Of a DNA stretch of 64,000 nt, positions 1-10,158 are shown in pieces. Source of the stretch: an uncultured Spirochaetota bacterium (GTDB taxonomy: Bacteria > Spirochaetota > UBA4802 > UBA5550). Made by a program: the position numbers and the translations under genes. The stretch spans positions 486,847 to 550,846 of the forward strand of contig CAWHAA010000004.1 of NCBI GenBank assembly GCA_963827275.1. Direction: 5' to 3'. The notes beneath the pieces were generated by a model. The model saw nothing but the letters and a program-made list of their open reading frames with translations. It was not told where the DNA came from and searched no databases. The first letter of the stretch is position 1; the number at the start of each line of letters is the position of its first letter.

Positions 1-884
1 CCATCGGGGACGGCGCGCTCACTTCTTTTGAAATTGCGGAACGGATCAACGCGAAGCCCCGGTCCACCGAGCGGCTGCTGAACGCGCTATGCGCGCTGGG
101 ATTTATTGAAAAAAAAGAGGGCCGCTATTCCAATTCAATGGTCTCTGCGCGTTACCTTGTGAAAGGATCAAAAGAGTATCTGTCACGGATAGGCCATATG
201 ATCGGCCTCTATGCCTCCTGGGGGACGCTCACCGGCGCGGTGAAGGCGGGAGCTTCCGTACACGTGCGTGAACATGACCCGGTTACCCTCTCGCATTTCA
301 TCGAAGCGATGCACTATCGGGCTAAAAAGACCGCCGGAGAACTCGTGTCGCATATCGACCTGTCGGGCGTGAAAACGGTGCTTGACGTGGGCGGGGGATC
401 AGGCGTGTATTCCATGGCCTTCGTGAAGGCGAAGCCCGGCCTGAAGGCAGTGGTTTTCGACCTGGCGGATGTGACGGCGCTCGCTCGGACCTACATCGCG
501 GAGAGTGGCCTCTCCGGCAGCATCTCGACTATGGACGGTGATTACAACAGCGACAGCTTCGGCGCAGGATATGACCTCGTCTTCATGTCTGCAATCGTGC
601 ATATTAACTCGTATGATGAGAATGTCGCCCTCATGAAACGGGCCCGTCAATCACTGGCGAAGGGGGGCAGGATCGTGATACAGGACCACATCATGGACGA
701 GGACCGTACCTCGCCGGCGCGGGGCGCTATCTTCGCGCTTAACATGCTGGTCAATACGCGCGGGGGGGATACCTATACGGAACGGGAAATGCGGGAATGG
801 CTGGAAAAGGCCGGATGCACCTCGATTGAGCGCATCCCCACCGGCATGGAAAACGACCTCATGGTCGGCAGGGTCCCCGCCTGA
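1..884 (+). CDS. SAM-dependent O-methyltransferase (class I, COMT/family-2 type), 5'-partial (continues upstream of window)
   Basis: Frame is open from nt 3; translation upstream of the listed ATG (138) reads ...IGDGALTSFEIAERINAKPRSTERLLNALCALGFIEKKEGRYS..., the winged-helix dimerisation domain of plant-type OMTs; SAM-binding glycine motif LDVGGGSGVYS; stop at 882-884. Confidence 0.8.
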   Translation, partial: IGDGALTSFEIAERINAKPRSTERLLNALCALGFIEKKEGRYSNSMVSARYLVKGSKEYLSRIGHMIGLYASWGTLTGAVKAGASVHVREHDPVTLSHFIEAMHYRAKKTAGELVSHIDLSGVKTVLDVGGGSGVYSMAFVKAKPGLKAVVFDLADVTALARTYIAESGLSGSISTMDGDYNSDSFGAGYDLVFMSAIVHINSYDENVALMKRARQSLAKGGRIVIQDHIMDEDRTSPARGAIFALNMLVNTRGGDTYTEREMREWLEKAGCTSIERIPTGMENDLMVGRVPA

Positions 885-888
885 CCGG

Positions 889-2235
889 TCACGCCGTCGC
901 GGGCTGGATCCGGGCGGGGAAGGTGATTTCCCAGGAGGTACCGCTCTCCCTGTCGATACGGTAGGTGCCATGGATCTGCTTGATCAGGACGCTCACCAGC
1001 TGCAGGCCGAGCGTCGCAGTCGTGCCGACATCAACGTGCGCCGGCAGCCCGATGCCGTTATCGCTGATGGTGAGAATGATGGCGTCGGTCCCGGCCCGCC
1101 GCATTGCCACCCTGATCTTATACCCGCCGCCGCCCGACGGGAATGCGTATTTAAGCGAGTTCGTCACCAGCTCATTCAGAATAAGCCCGCAGGGTATGGC
1201 CTGGTCGATGCCGAGAAAGATGTCCTGGCTGTCAATGATCAGCTCCGGCTTGTTCGGGCCTGATGCGTAGCTGGCGTACAGCTCTTCGGAAATCCTGCTG
1301 ATGTAGGCGCTGAAATCAATGTCCGATATGCTGCTGGACTGATAGAGCTCTTCATGAACGAGAGCCATCGCCCTGATCCGGTTTATCGATTCATTGAAGA
1401 GACGGAGCAGGTTGTCGTCCGCGATGCCGCTTGACTGCAGGTTGAGCAGGCTGATGATGATCTGGAAATTATTTTTAACCCGGTGGTGGATCTCTTTGAG
1501 CAGTACTTCTTTTTCGCTGAGAGAGATGGTGAGTTGTTGCTCCGCCCTTTTCTTCTCGGCGATTTCGGTTTCAAGGTTCAGGTTGGTCTCGCTCAATTCG
1601 GAAGCGATCTCCTCAAGTTCTCTCGTCATTGACCGGGCCTGTACAAGCGCGGTCCGGTATTGCGCGGTAATGAACCAGATAAGCATTGTTATGCCGGTAA
1701 AGCTCGCGGTAACGATGATTACCCGGTTAAGAAACGCAGTGTCAGGGAAACGGAGCTGGGGTATGATCCCCATGACATGCCCGGTGCCGATCACCGCATA
1801 TGTTGCCACGCACACTGCGAACATGATCCACTGGGCCCTCAGTCCCTGCAGGATGGCGGTCATGATGGTTGCCAGGGCGTATATCAGCATGGCGGGCGCG
1901 CCGGGCCCTCCTATATAACTGCCGTAGACGGCGGTGGCGTAGATGATCGCGGGAGGCAGAAATCCGGCAGGGCGCCAGTACCCCTTGTAGGTCAGCCACA
2001 TGCCGATTGACATGATTAATGTTATGGCGCTCACTATGATGAATGAATCAAGTGGCAGGTAATCCAGAAGCCAGCCGAATAAGAAAATGATGCTGAATAA
2101 TAGCGCGATGATGCCGGTGATAAGAATTATGACCCTCGTCATATATTCCCGGCGCGCTATGTCGGGATTATCCGCATGCGGAGCGGTTAGTTTTTTCCAT
2201 AATTTGATAAGGCGGTAATCTTTCATCGGGATCAC
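889..2235 (-). CDS. membrane sensor histidine kinase (HisKA_2/HWE-type H-box + HATPase_c)
   Basis: N-terminal ~6 predicted TM helices, coiled coil, H-box EIHHRVKNNFQIIISLL, ATPase boxes ILNELVTNSLKYAF / DNGIGLP / GLQLV; convergent with the OMT gene, 4-nt gap. Confidence 0.8.
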   Translation of the reverse strand: MIPMKDYRLIKLWKKLTAPHADNPDIARREYMTRVIILITGIIALLFSIIFLFGWLLDYLPLDSFIIVSAITLIMSIGMWLTYKGYWRPAGFLPPAIIYATAVYGSYIGGPGAPAMLIYALATIMTAILQGLRAQWIMFAVCVATYAVIGTGHVMGIIPQLRFPDTAFLNRVIIVTASFTGITMLIWFITAQYRTALVQARSMTRELEEIASELSETNLNLETEIAEKKRAEQQLTISLSEKEVLLKEIHHRVKNNFQIIISLLNLQSSGIADDNLLRLFNESINRIRAMALVHEELYQSSSISDIDFSAYISRISEELYASYASGPNKPELIIDSQDIFLGIDQAIPCGLILNELVTNSLKYAFPSGGGGYKIRVAMRRAGTDAIILTISDNGIGLPAHVDVGTTATLGLQLVSVLIKQIHGTYRIDRESGTSWEITFPARIQPATA

Positions 2236-2320
2236 GTAATGGAAAAGTATTTGAATTATTTATTTTGTTCAAAATTATGGGGACAAGTCAAGTAAATAAA
2301 AGATTAATATGCGGGATCAT

Positions 2321-2347
2321 AATAAAAGACCCCGGGAGCACCCGGGG
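2321..2347 (-). terminator. rho-independent terminator downstream of the rod-protein gene
   Basis: minus strand reads CCCCGGG-tgct-CCCGGGG followed by TCTTTTATT; a copy of the TTACTCTGACCCC repeat (2344-2357) overlaps the 5' arm of the stem. Confidence 0.5.
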
Positions 2348-2373
2348 TCAGAGTAAGATTCATTTTATGATTG

Positions 2374-3204
2374 TTATCGTGCAACTTCATTGATGAGCCT
2401 GCCGAGCTCGGTGTCATGGGTCTGTACCGCTTTCTGGTTGGCTTCATAGCTGCGCTGGACTTCGATCATGTCCACCATCTCGCGGATCATGTTGACATTC
2501 GACTTTTCCAGGAATCCCTGGACTACCTTGACATTTTGCGGAGGCAATGGCGGCCCGGAGTATTCCGTTTCCTTCCAGAGGGAATCCCCTTCTTTTTTGA
2601 GCTCGCGGATCTTTTCGAAATCCACAAGCTTCAGCCGATCAAGGACCACCGGCTGGCTCCAATCGTTGTTTGCCATGCCCACGACGGTATTGGGATCGAC
2701 GGCGCTGTTAACCAGGATTTCGCCGCGCTCGTTCACGATGAAGTTGTTATGCTGGACCCGGACAATCCCGTTCTCGCCCATGACCGGATACCCGTTGTGG
2801 TTCATGAGGATGCCGTCCTGGTTGATGGTAAAGGACCCGTTCCGGGTATAGCGCTCGCCCCGCTCGGTCATAACGGTTAGGAAGCCGCGTCCATCCAGGG
2901 CCAGATCAAAGTTGTTCTCCGTGCGCTGGAGTGCGCCCTGATCGAAATCGGTGTAGACCTCGTTCACTTCCACGCCGGTTCCGAGCTTGCCCACGTTGGG
3001 CATGGTGTCATACGAGCCGGCAGGGGTCACGCCAAGCCCGTTGTCGCTGATCCGGCGGATCAGCATGTCGGGGAAGGCCTTGAATATGGCCAGGTCCTTC
3101 TTGAACCCGGTCTTGTCGACGTTGGCCAGGTTGTTGGCCACCACGTCCAGTCTCGCCTGTTGCGCTATCATGCCGCTTGCGCCGGTGTATATTCCTCGAA
3201 GCAT
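2374..3204 (-). CDS. flagellar basal-body rod protein, FlgF/FlgG family
   Basis: N-terminus MLRGIYTGASGMIAQQARLDVVANNLANVDKTGFK and C-terminus SNVNMIREMVDMIEVQRSYEANQKAVQT are the conserved rod/hook family termini; 276 aa. Confidence 0.85.
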   Translation of the reverse strand: MLRGIYTGASGMIAQQARLDVVANNLANVDKTGFKKDLAIFKAFPDMLIRRISDNGLGVTPAGSYDTMPNVGKLGTGVEVNEVYTDFDQGALQRTENNFDLALDGRGFLTVMTERGERYTRNGSFTINQDGILMNHNGYPVMGENGIVRVQHNNFIVNERGEILVNSAVDPNTVVGMANNDWSQPVVLDRLKLVDFEKIRELKKEGDSLWKETEYSGPPLPPQNVKVVQGFLEKSNVNMIREMVDMIEVQRSYEANQKAVQTHDTELGRLINEVAR

Positions 3205-3274
3205 ACCGTGCCCCCTTGTACTATGTCGCTTTTATTATCGGCAGGGATGAATGAGGGGTATAATGAAAAATTTA

Positions 3275-3727
3275 TTATACGATACGGGATTCGGGTAGAA
3301 TGCGTGCTATATTGGGTGGATAGCCCCAGATGAATTTCCAGTATGTGATATTATCTATCATATCTTTTATTATAACATAATTTTTATAACGATAGTTATC
3401 GGTATTAGCCTCTTTTAGAATGCTATTTAAGTATTTCGATACAGCATATGAAAGAATCAATGAAACCGACATTTTAAGCAGTTTCCTCAAATCCAGCATG
3501 TACTCATAATCATCAACCCGCAGCTGGATATGAAAAATGCGCCAGTCCTCCGGGTTGCTTCGTTCCTGGTATCTAACCATAGAGCCGAATCGTCCCGGAT
3601 CGGGAATATCATCCATAACCAGTTTTATGAGCGTAACAATTACATCCGACCGTGAAACACCCTTTAATTGTGCCGCCAGAGTGATCCTTTGTAAAGTCTC
3701 AGCATGAATATTAAGGGTTGTTTCCAT
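3275..3727 (-). CDS. hypothetical protein in AT-rich island (no recognisable motif)
   Basis: 150-aa ORF with I/K/N/Y-rich composition in a ~640-bp AT-rich segment that contrasts with the ~60% GC flanks. Confidence 0.4.
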   Translation of the reverse strand: METTLNIHAETLQRITLAAQLKGVSRSDVIVTLIKLVMDDIPDPGRFGSMVRYQERSNPEDWRIFHIQLRVDDYEYMLDLRKLLKMSVSLILSYAVSKYLNSILKEANTDNYRYKNYVIIKDMIDNITYWKFIWGYPPNIARILPESRIV

Positions 3728-3808
3728 GTCGTTTACATCCTCGATAATGGTTTTATGAGGATTAACGAATTATGCAGCAAGGCTGATAAAATTTTTTATC
3801 CGGTCTGT

Positions 3809-3844
3809 GATAAAAAACAAGAAAGCGGGATGTTGCCATCCCGC
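3809..3844 (-). terminator. bidirectional hairpin terminator downstream of murA
   Basis: GCGGGATG-ttgc-CATCCCGC perfect 8-bp stem with T-runs on both strands (TTTCTTGTTTTTT on minus). Confidence 0.5.
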
Positions 3845-3882
3845 CTTCTTGTTTTTACTGGGATAAAATAGGTAAGGATGAA

Positions 3883-5151
3883 TTACAGTCCGCCGCCTTT
3901 CACGCGCGATATGGAAGCGCCAAGGGACGTAAGCTTTTCGTCGAGCCGCTCGTAGCCGCGGTCGCAGTGATAGATGCGCCGGATCTCGGTCTCGCCCTGC
4001 GCGGCAAGGGCGGCCACCACCAGTGCCGCGCCGGCCCTGAGGTCGGACATCATAACAGGGGCCGACATGAGTTTTTTTACGCCTTTTACTATGACGACGC
4101 TCCCTTCGATTGTTATATCGGCTCCCATGCGGCGAAGTTCCGCCACGTGGGTGAAGCGCCGCTCAAATATGGTCTCTACAATAACATTGATGCCGGGCAG
4201 TATCGTCGCGAGCGCCATGATGGGCGCCTGGAGGTCGGTAGGGAATCCAGGGTATGGCATGGTGCGCACCATCGCGCCTTTGAGCGCTTTTGATGGTTTT
4301 ACAGAGACCCAGTCCCTGCCAGACTCGATGATGAACCCCATCTCGGAGAGGGTGGTCATGCACGCACCCACGTGTTCGGGCACGGCGCCGGTTATGGTGA
4401 CCGCCCCCCCGGTGGCGGCACCGGCGATGAGATACGTGCCGGCCTCGATCCGGTCGGGGATGATCGAATAGGCGACGGGCTGGAGCTTCTTCACGCCGTC
4501 TATTTCGATGCGCTCGGTGCCGAGTCCCGAGATTTTCGCGCCCATCTTCATCAGGAAGTTCCCGAGATCGACCACGTCCGGTTCCATGGCGCAGTTGTCA
4601 AGAACGGTCTTTCCCTTCGTGAGGACTGCCGCCATCATGAGGTTCGCAGTGGCCCCGACGGATACCGCCCTCATTTTGAATTCGTTTCCCTTCAGCGAGG
4701 ATGCCCTGGCCTTGATATACCCATGGTCAAGGGTGATTTCCGTGCCCAGCGCCTCGAAGCCGGAGAGGTGTATGTCCATCGGCCGTTCGCCGATCGCACA
4801 TCCGCCGGGGAGAGAGACGTCGGCCTCGCCGATGCGGGCAAGGAGCGGACCCATGACGTAGTATGACGCCCGCATGGTCTTGACCAGTTCATAGGGGACT
4901 TCCGCGTTTTTGATGGAATTGACCCTGATGCGGAGGGTGTTCTTGTCGGTATTGAATTCGTATTCCGCGCCGAGGCACTGAATGACCTCGAGCATCGTGC
5001 GTATATCCTTCAGATCGGGGACGTTCTTCAGGGTGGTCTCGCCGTCGGCCAGCAGGCTGGCGACGATAATGGGGAGGGCGGCATTTTTTGCCCCGGATAT
5101 TCTAACTTCTCCCGACAGCGCCCTGCCGCCTTTTATCCTGTACATGTCCAT
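3883..5151 (-). CDS. murA: UDP-N-acetylglucosamine 1-carboxyvinyltransferase
   Basis: Full-length (422 aa) match by eye to MurA: KNAALPIIVASLLA, active-site Cys region LPGGCAIGERPMDIHL, C-terminal RGYERLDEKLTSLGA. Confidence 0.95.
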   Translation of the reverse strand: MDMYRIKGGRALSGEVRISGAKNAALPIIVASLLADGETTLKNVPDLKDIRTMLEVIQCLGAEYEFNTDKNTLRIRVNSIKNAEVPYELVKTMRASYYVMGPLLARIGEADVSLPGGCAIGERPMDIHLSGFEALGTEITLDHGYIKARASSLKGNEFKMRAVSVGATANLMMAAVLTKGKTVLDNCAMEPDVVDLGNFLMKMGAKISGLGTERIEIDGVKKLQPVAYSIIPDRIEAGTYLIAGAATGGAVTITGAVPEHVGACMTTLSEMGFIIESGRDWVSVKPSKALKGAMVRTMPYPGFPTDLQAPIMALATILPGINVIVETIFERRFTHVAELRRMGADITIEGSVVIVKGVKKLMSAPVMMSDLRAGAALVVAALAAQGETEIRRIYHCDRGYERLDEKLTSLGASISRVKGGGL

Positions 5152-5255
5152 GGACGTTCAGTCTCCCGCATTTGTTGTCACAGGTGTAACAGCGATGGCT
5201 TTGTTGACAAGATATTTTTTATATTTTTTGAATGCTTCCCCGGGGAGGAAGGCTT

Positions 5256-6455
5256 TCAATTCGGGATATAGAGTATCCGACCGGTTTTGAGGGTTCGAGC
5301 GTTTTTGATCCCGTTCAGCCGCAGTATCGGGCCTGTTTTTTTATTGTAGCGACGTGCGATTTTTGAAATTGTATCGCCTTTTTTAACCCGGTGCTCGATG
5401 ACGCCGCCGAGCCCGTTTTTGTACAGGTCCTCCGCGTTTTCATCGATCTTGTCCCTGGCATCGGCGGGCACCCTGAGCCTGTATGGCTTCATGAATGGCG
5501 GGGTCTTCGCGGTGGCAAGTTCGGGATTCAGCTCCCGCAGTTTCTGTACCGGTATGCCTGAAAACCGCGCAACATCGTGGAGGTCCGCCGGGCGCCGGAG
5601 CTCAACGGTCGTTGTCGCACAGGTGTCCGGCCGAATGATATCATCCTGTATGCCGAAGAGGCGCTGGTTTTTGTAGATCAGCATGAGGGCGATGAATTTC
5701 GGGACATAGTCACCCGTCTCTTCCCTTATGAGCTTCTGCTCCGCCAGTTTCCAGTAATCAGAGACGCCGGTGCGGTTCATGGTGCGCTGCATGTATCCGG
5801 CACCGCCGTTGTAGGCGGCCAGCGCCAGGTCCCACCGGGGGAAGATTGTGCGCATCGTTCGCAGGTGCCGGAGCGCCGCCTCGGTCGATTTCTCCACGCT
5901 GCGCCGCTCGTCGATCCACCGGTCACACTTCAGCCCCAGGGGCCGGGAGGTGTTTTCCAAAAACTGCCACAGGCCGACGGCTCTGCTTACCGATACCGCA
6001 TGGGGGTTGAAGCAGCTTTCCAGGAGCGGGAGGAGCCACAGCTCCTCCGGCAGGTCGCTATTATTTTTTATGATTTCGGCGATTGCGGCCTCATAGCGGT
6101 ATGATCGGTTGATGGCGCGCAGCAGGTATTCACGCTTGGTTGTCAGGTAGAGGTAGAGATGTTTCCTGACCGCGCTGTTTCTGCAGATCGACAGGTCGCG
6201 TGAGGCCTCAAAAATGTCTCTGCCTGAAATTTCGGGAAGATAAAGGATATCGCGTCCGGGATCAAACGTGCCGGCCGTGTCCGGTCCCCCGGCGGGATGA
6301 GCCGCATCGGTGAATATATCGACGAGGCCCCAGGAGAGGAGCCTCGTGGCGGCGCCTGTTACCATCGACATTGACAGCAGGGCGATGATTATACAGCGTG
6401 ATAGGGCGGTGGTATGTTTCATCTGCATAATGGAATTTTGGATAGCTGAACGCAC
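5256..6455 (-). CDS. membrane-bound lytic murein transglycosylase D-like (SLT domain + LysM repeats)
   Basis: SLT catalytic region LLPLLESCFNPHAVSVSRAVGLWQF...AYNGGAGY; C-terminal LysM motifs (HRVKKGDTISKIARRY..., DLHDVARFSGIPVQKLRELNP); signal peptide. Confidence 0.85.
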   Translation of the reverse strand: MRSAIQNSIMQMKHTTALSRCIIIALLSMSMVTGAATRLLSWGLVDIFTDAAHPAGGPDTAGTFDPGRDILYLPEISGRDIFEASRDLSICRNSAVRKHLYLYLTTKREYLLRAINRSYRYEAAIAEIIKNNSDLPEELWLLPLLESCFNPHAVSVSRAVGLWQFLENTSRPLGLKCDRWIDERRSVEKSTEAALRHLRTMRTIFPRWDLALAAYNGGAGYMQRTMNRTGVSDYWKLAEQKLIREETGDYVPKFIALMLIYKNQRLFGIQDDIIRPDTCATTTVELRRPADLHDVARFSGIPVQKLRELNPELATAKTPPFMKPYRLRVPADARDKIDENAEDLYKNGLGGVIEHRVKKGDTISKIARRYNKKTGPILRLNGIKNARTLKTGRILYIPN

Positions 6456-6595
6456 GGAATACGTAAAAGCAAGTAAATTTTAATTTTCACCGGATCATGC
6501 CCGCTTCCGCGGTGAAGCGGGTTGAAATTTAATTATTGAAAAAAATCAATTTGATTTCTATCGTTGTCATTATTATGGAATGAAAGGGACGTGGC

Positions 6596-6862
6596 ATGAA
6601 TATCGCGGTCAAACTCCATATCAAGAATCACTGTATTGAGGCGGAGGCCCGGAAGGAGTATTCACGCCTGATGGATACCTATTTCAGCACTGACGATGTT
6701 GAGGGAGAACTTGATGAGAGGATCGTGCTGCTGAGGGATTTCCTTGAAAAAAGCGATTTCCGAAAACTGAGGTCATCGGACCAACGGCTTTCAGGGGAAC
6801 GGGAATCCGAAGTCGTGATAACAAGGAACGCCGGGGGTTCAATCAATCTCGAGGTCTATTGA
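6596..6862 (+). CDS. hypothetical small protein
   Basis: 88-aa ORF only; moderate-GC region; no motif. Confidence 0.3.
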   Translation: MNIAVKLHIKNHCIEAEARKEYSRLMDTYFSTDDVEGELDERIVLLRDFLEKSDFRKLRSSDQRLSGERESEVVITRNAGGSINLEVY

Positions 6863-7011
6863 TCGGCTGTGACGATCAACGGAGCAGCGTCTATTGCAGG
6901 CAAGGGCGGCAGTGCAGGCAAATATCGGCAGTCAATCCAATTATTCCAAAAAAGTAGTTGTAATTTTAATTGCCGTGAATGTATATTTCATATAAGTCAA
7001 GCGGTGGGGAT

Positions 7012-7893
7012 ATGGAAATGGAAAAAGTTACCATATGGTACCTTAAGGACAATGATACCGGTGCGAAGCTCTTAACTGCCATTACGGGACTCGGCCTGAC
7101 GGTCAATGTCGTCGCCGGCCACAAACTGACCCACGCCAATATCATAGAAGAAGAGATTAATATCTTCATCTATGATATCGCCTCCACTGACCCGGAACTG
7201 CTGGTGGACGAAATTACGAAAGACGAGCGCCTCCGCAGCTGCCTGAAGTTCCTGATGGTGAAGAAAAGCCAGGTCAAGGGAATTACGCGTCTGAATTACA
7301 ACCTGATGCACCTCGAGTTCCTTAACAGGCCCGTTGACAAGAGGGAATTCATGCTGCTTCTTGAAAAATCTATAATCGTCGAGCGGTATCGCGAAATAAT
7401 GAAGTTCATATCACGAGAGGCTGAGTCGAGGATCGAGGCGTATGAAGGCCTGATGGATATTAACCGCAAAAATGTGTTTGAATCTGAAAAAGAGAAAGAA
7501 GCATTTGAAAAGATACTCGACTTTGAAAAAAACCTGATACGGCAGCAGTCCAACCTGAGTACGGCCATCCGGGACTTCACGCTCCTGAGGCAGATGAACC
7601 TTTTCGATATGCGCGATCGCATCAAGGCAGAGGAGATGCTCGCCGATCTGAGGCGCAAGGAGCTGATGGACGCCCGTGATGTCATTAAGGCCCAGGAATC
7701 GGTCATAGATTATTCCGCGCGCGAGCTCGACGATGCGAAGAAAATCATCGACGCGCGCGAGAAGGTGGAAGAATTATCGCGCAGCGAGCTTATTGAGCTG
7801 CATAAGGAGATTGATCGCCAGAAGGATCTCAACAAGCAACTGGCTGAACAGGTCAACCGCCTTCTTGCAGATGTCCGGAAGGACAAGGAGTAA
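7012..7893 (+). CDS. atypical receiver-like domain protein with long C-terminal coiled coil
   Basis: ORF 6979-7893; GGTGGGGA RBS favours ATG 7012; N-terminus KVTIWYLKDNDTGAKLL...IFIYDIASTDPELLVDEI...KFLMVKKS follows the receiver-domain pattern (DD pair, phospho-acceptor D, K); remainder is E/K/R-rich heptad coiled coil. Confidence 0.5.
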   Translation: MEMEKVTIWYLKDNDTGAKLLTAITGLGLTVNVVAGHKLTHANIIEEEINIFIYDIASTDPELLVDEITKDERLRSCLKFLMVKKSQVKGITRLNYNLMHLEFLNRPVDKREFMLLLEKSIIVERYREIMKFISREAESRIEAYEGLMDINRKNVFESEKEKEAFEKILDFEKNLIRQQSNLSTAIRDFTLLRQMNLFDMRDRIKAEEMLADLRRKELMDARDVIKAQESVIDYSARELDDAKKIIDAREKVEELSRSELIELHKEIDRQKDLNKQLAEQVNRLLADVRKDKE

Positions 7894-7982
7894 TACGGCG
7901 TCATCGGGTGAAATACCGGCATTGCGTTGACATACGCGGCGCCGTCCACGATCAAAATTTTTTCCGGAGTCTTCTCGCTATG

Positions 7983-8258
7983 CCGATGGAATGGGAAACG
8001 ATATTAGCTGATTCCGTGCAGAACGGCAAGATCCGGGAATTGCATCTGAGCAAGATCCCGCTGCTCAAAACCACGACCAACTGGAAGAAAGTGGAGCTCC
8101 TCGGCTGGATCGACCACCAGTTGAAATATACACACTACCGGGGCGCGCTGGTAAAACTGAACGGCAAGCTGTTTTTCGTTAGGGAGAACACCATTAAGGC
8201 GCTTCAGGAGTTCATCAACTGGAAGGCCAAGAATGTCATACAGGTGATTAAGGATTAA
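7983..8258 (+). CDS. hypothetical protein
   Basis: ORF 7908-8258, likely start MPMEWETIL; no motif recognised. Confidence 0.3.
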   Translation, partial: PMEWETILADSVQNGKIRELHLSKIPLLKTTTNWKKVELLGWIDHQLKYTHYRGALVKLNGKLFFVRENTIKALQEFINWKAKNVIQVIKD

Positions 8259-8295
8259 AAACGAAACATGGCCGGCTTGACCGTTCGGACCGGCG

Positions 8296-10158
8296 TCAAT
8301 CTTCTTCTTCAAGCTCGTTAAACAACGAAATGACCGCGTCTTTTTTCCTGCCGATTTTTATAATTTCATCAATATAGTCTTTGCGTACCAGGGCGTGCGT
8401 CTCGCCAATGCGCTCCACGATCCCTTCTTTTGCGATGCCCAGCAGCAATTCGTCGATGAATTCCGGGTGGCTCGTCGTAAGGAGAATTCGCTGAGAAATG
8501 TTTATGTTGATGGTCTGGCTCGACCATTCGCGGAGCAGAAAGTCGAGGTTCTGCGGCAGGTCGTTTTTCGAAAATAATTCCAGGGCGTTAAGGAACTTGG
8601 TGAGCGACATGCCGCGTTTTTGCGCCCTCACGATTGCGGATTTGCTTATGACCGCGTTGATAATGACGTCGTGCTTCGTGATATCCGTATGGGTGAGCAG
8701 GTGATAGAGCGTCTCCGATGCCAGCTCGTGCGCCGGAATGATCAGGCTGAAGTCCGGATTGATGTATATGTTTTTTTTCGGGGTGACCGACTCTTCTGCC
8801 GGGTATGTCTTCAGCATGTGGTTCGCGAGGTCCCTGCCGATGTCTGATAGCGAGATCCTGTCTCCGTCGATGTCGACAATGCCCATGATGCAGAGTAAAT
8901 TCATAACGGTGCCGAAGCGCTCCATCTCCTCTTCCATGTCGATAAGGCTGTCGGCGAAGGACCGCTCGTCCGATTCGGAGAGAGTCCTGGTCAGTATGGT
9001 TATCTTCAGGTATGCGTGCGTGACCGACTTGAGCTTGTGCAGGAGCTTGATGATCGATTTGCTGAACTCGTAGGATGGTATTTCGAAGGGCGGTTTGAAA
9101 TATGTTTCGTACGCGCCTGACCCGCCCACGCTTTTCAATACCCGTTTCAGCAGCATGAGCGGCTGTTCGATTTCATTCCTTATTTCAAAAAGAGATATGC
9201 CGGCGATGTCCTTGTTCAGTTTGAGGCACCCCAGCCGGTTTAAAATGAACATTGACAGCTGGGCCGATTCCTCGGGCGGCAGGTCGGCCCCGTTGATGTC
9301 CTTCAGGGGGAGCATTGCCTCGGAGATCCGCCTGATGTCGATTTTCCTGAATTCCTGCTGCTTGGTCAGGAAAAGCCCGAATGTTGAAATGATGTCAAAG
9401 GTGTTCAGGAGGTTCAAAACCTGGAAAAACCGGTTGCGGACCCGTGATTTTTTATGCGTGTCATCCTGCCCGGCCATCATTGCCACGGACGGGCTGATTT
9501 TTTCCTGTAAAACGAGGTATGAATTGAACTCCGGCCGGTAGCAGTGATACAACTGCACCAGGTTCTGCGCTATGATGCCATGCACTGTTTTTTCAGCGGA
9601 TTTCTGCGGCAGCCGGTCACGCGCCGCGTCCAGGGTCACAATGCAGCCGGACGCTGCCATGAATTTCAGCAGGGTCTGCACGTCACGGTCGCGTACCGTT
9701 TTTTCCACCTCCTGGTTCTGCTTTTGCATCTCGAGGTGGATAAAATTTTTATGGAGCCGGTCTGTCAGGGTTTTCGGCTCGACGATGCGGAGAAGGTGGG
9801 CGATCTCCGATATCCCATGGGCCTTGTCCATCTTGGTGTTCAGCATCTGCCGGTTTTTTATCGTGTAGATGAGCAGGTTGCGGGTAAGGGTATCCGCCGT
9901 TTTTTCAATGACGGGAATATCAAGTTTCAGCTCCTTCTGTATTTCGACGAAGGTCGCCCCGTCCGGCGCGGCGTAGACCGCCATAAGGACCCGGTGACAG
10001 TTGGCATCCAGGCTCTTGAGAAGCACATGCAGGCCCGTCACCGTCGTGAGGGCGGCCAGCAGGTCCCTTTTTGATTTGTTCTTAAGATTGAGCCTTGCTG
10101 TCAGCTCACGGATGTCATCCGGAGTAAGTTTTTTAAACGCTTCGGTTATTTCTTTCAT
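8296..10158 (-). CDS. large conserved hypothetical protein (620 aa) with winged-helix-like N-terminal repeats
   Basis: Long uninterrupted ORF with coding-like composition; no catalytic motif recognised by eye. Confidence 0.55.
   Translation of the reverse strand: MKEITEAFKKLTPDDIRELTARLNLKNKSKRDLLAALTTVTGLHVLLKSLDANCHRVLMAVYAAPDGATFVEIQKELKLDIPVIEKTADTLTRNLLIYTIKNRQMLNTKMDKAHGISEIAHLLRIVEPKTLTDRLHKNFIHLEMQKQNQEVEKTVRDRDVQTLLKFMAASGCIVTLDAARDRLPQKSAEKTVHGIIAQNLVQLYHCYRPEFNSYLVLQEKISPSVAMMAGQDDTHKKSRVRNRFFQVLNLLNTFDIISTFGLFLTKQQEFRKIDIRRISEAMLPLKDINGADLPPEESAQLSMFILNRLGCLKLNKDIAGISLFEIRNEIEQPLMLLKRVLKSVGGSGAYETYFKPPFEIPSYEFSKSIIKLLHKLKSVTHAYLKITILTRTLSESDERSFADSLIDMEEEMERFGTVMNLLCIMGIVDIDGDRISLSDIGRDLANHMLKTYPAEESVTPKKNIYINPDFSLIIPAHELASETLYHLLTHTDITKHDVIINAVISKSAIVRAQKRGMSLTKFLNALELFSKNDLPQNLDFLLREWSSQTININISQRILLTTSHPEFIDELLLGIAKEGIVERIGETHALVRKDYIDEIIKIGRKKDAVISLFNELEEED

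Noticed and set aside
399-1270. Overlapping ORFs on both strands (399-650 -, 651-971 -, 826-1263 +, 965-1270 +) and many similar antisense ORFs throughout (e.g. 3967-4471 +, 4372-4866 +, 15312-15917 -, 40351-41556 -, 47160-48053 -, 57473-60187 -)
   Set aside because: These are typical spurious long ORFs on the non-coding strand of GC-rich genes. Their translations are Arg/Pro/Ala-rich and low-complexity, and they overlap genes with strong family signatures.
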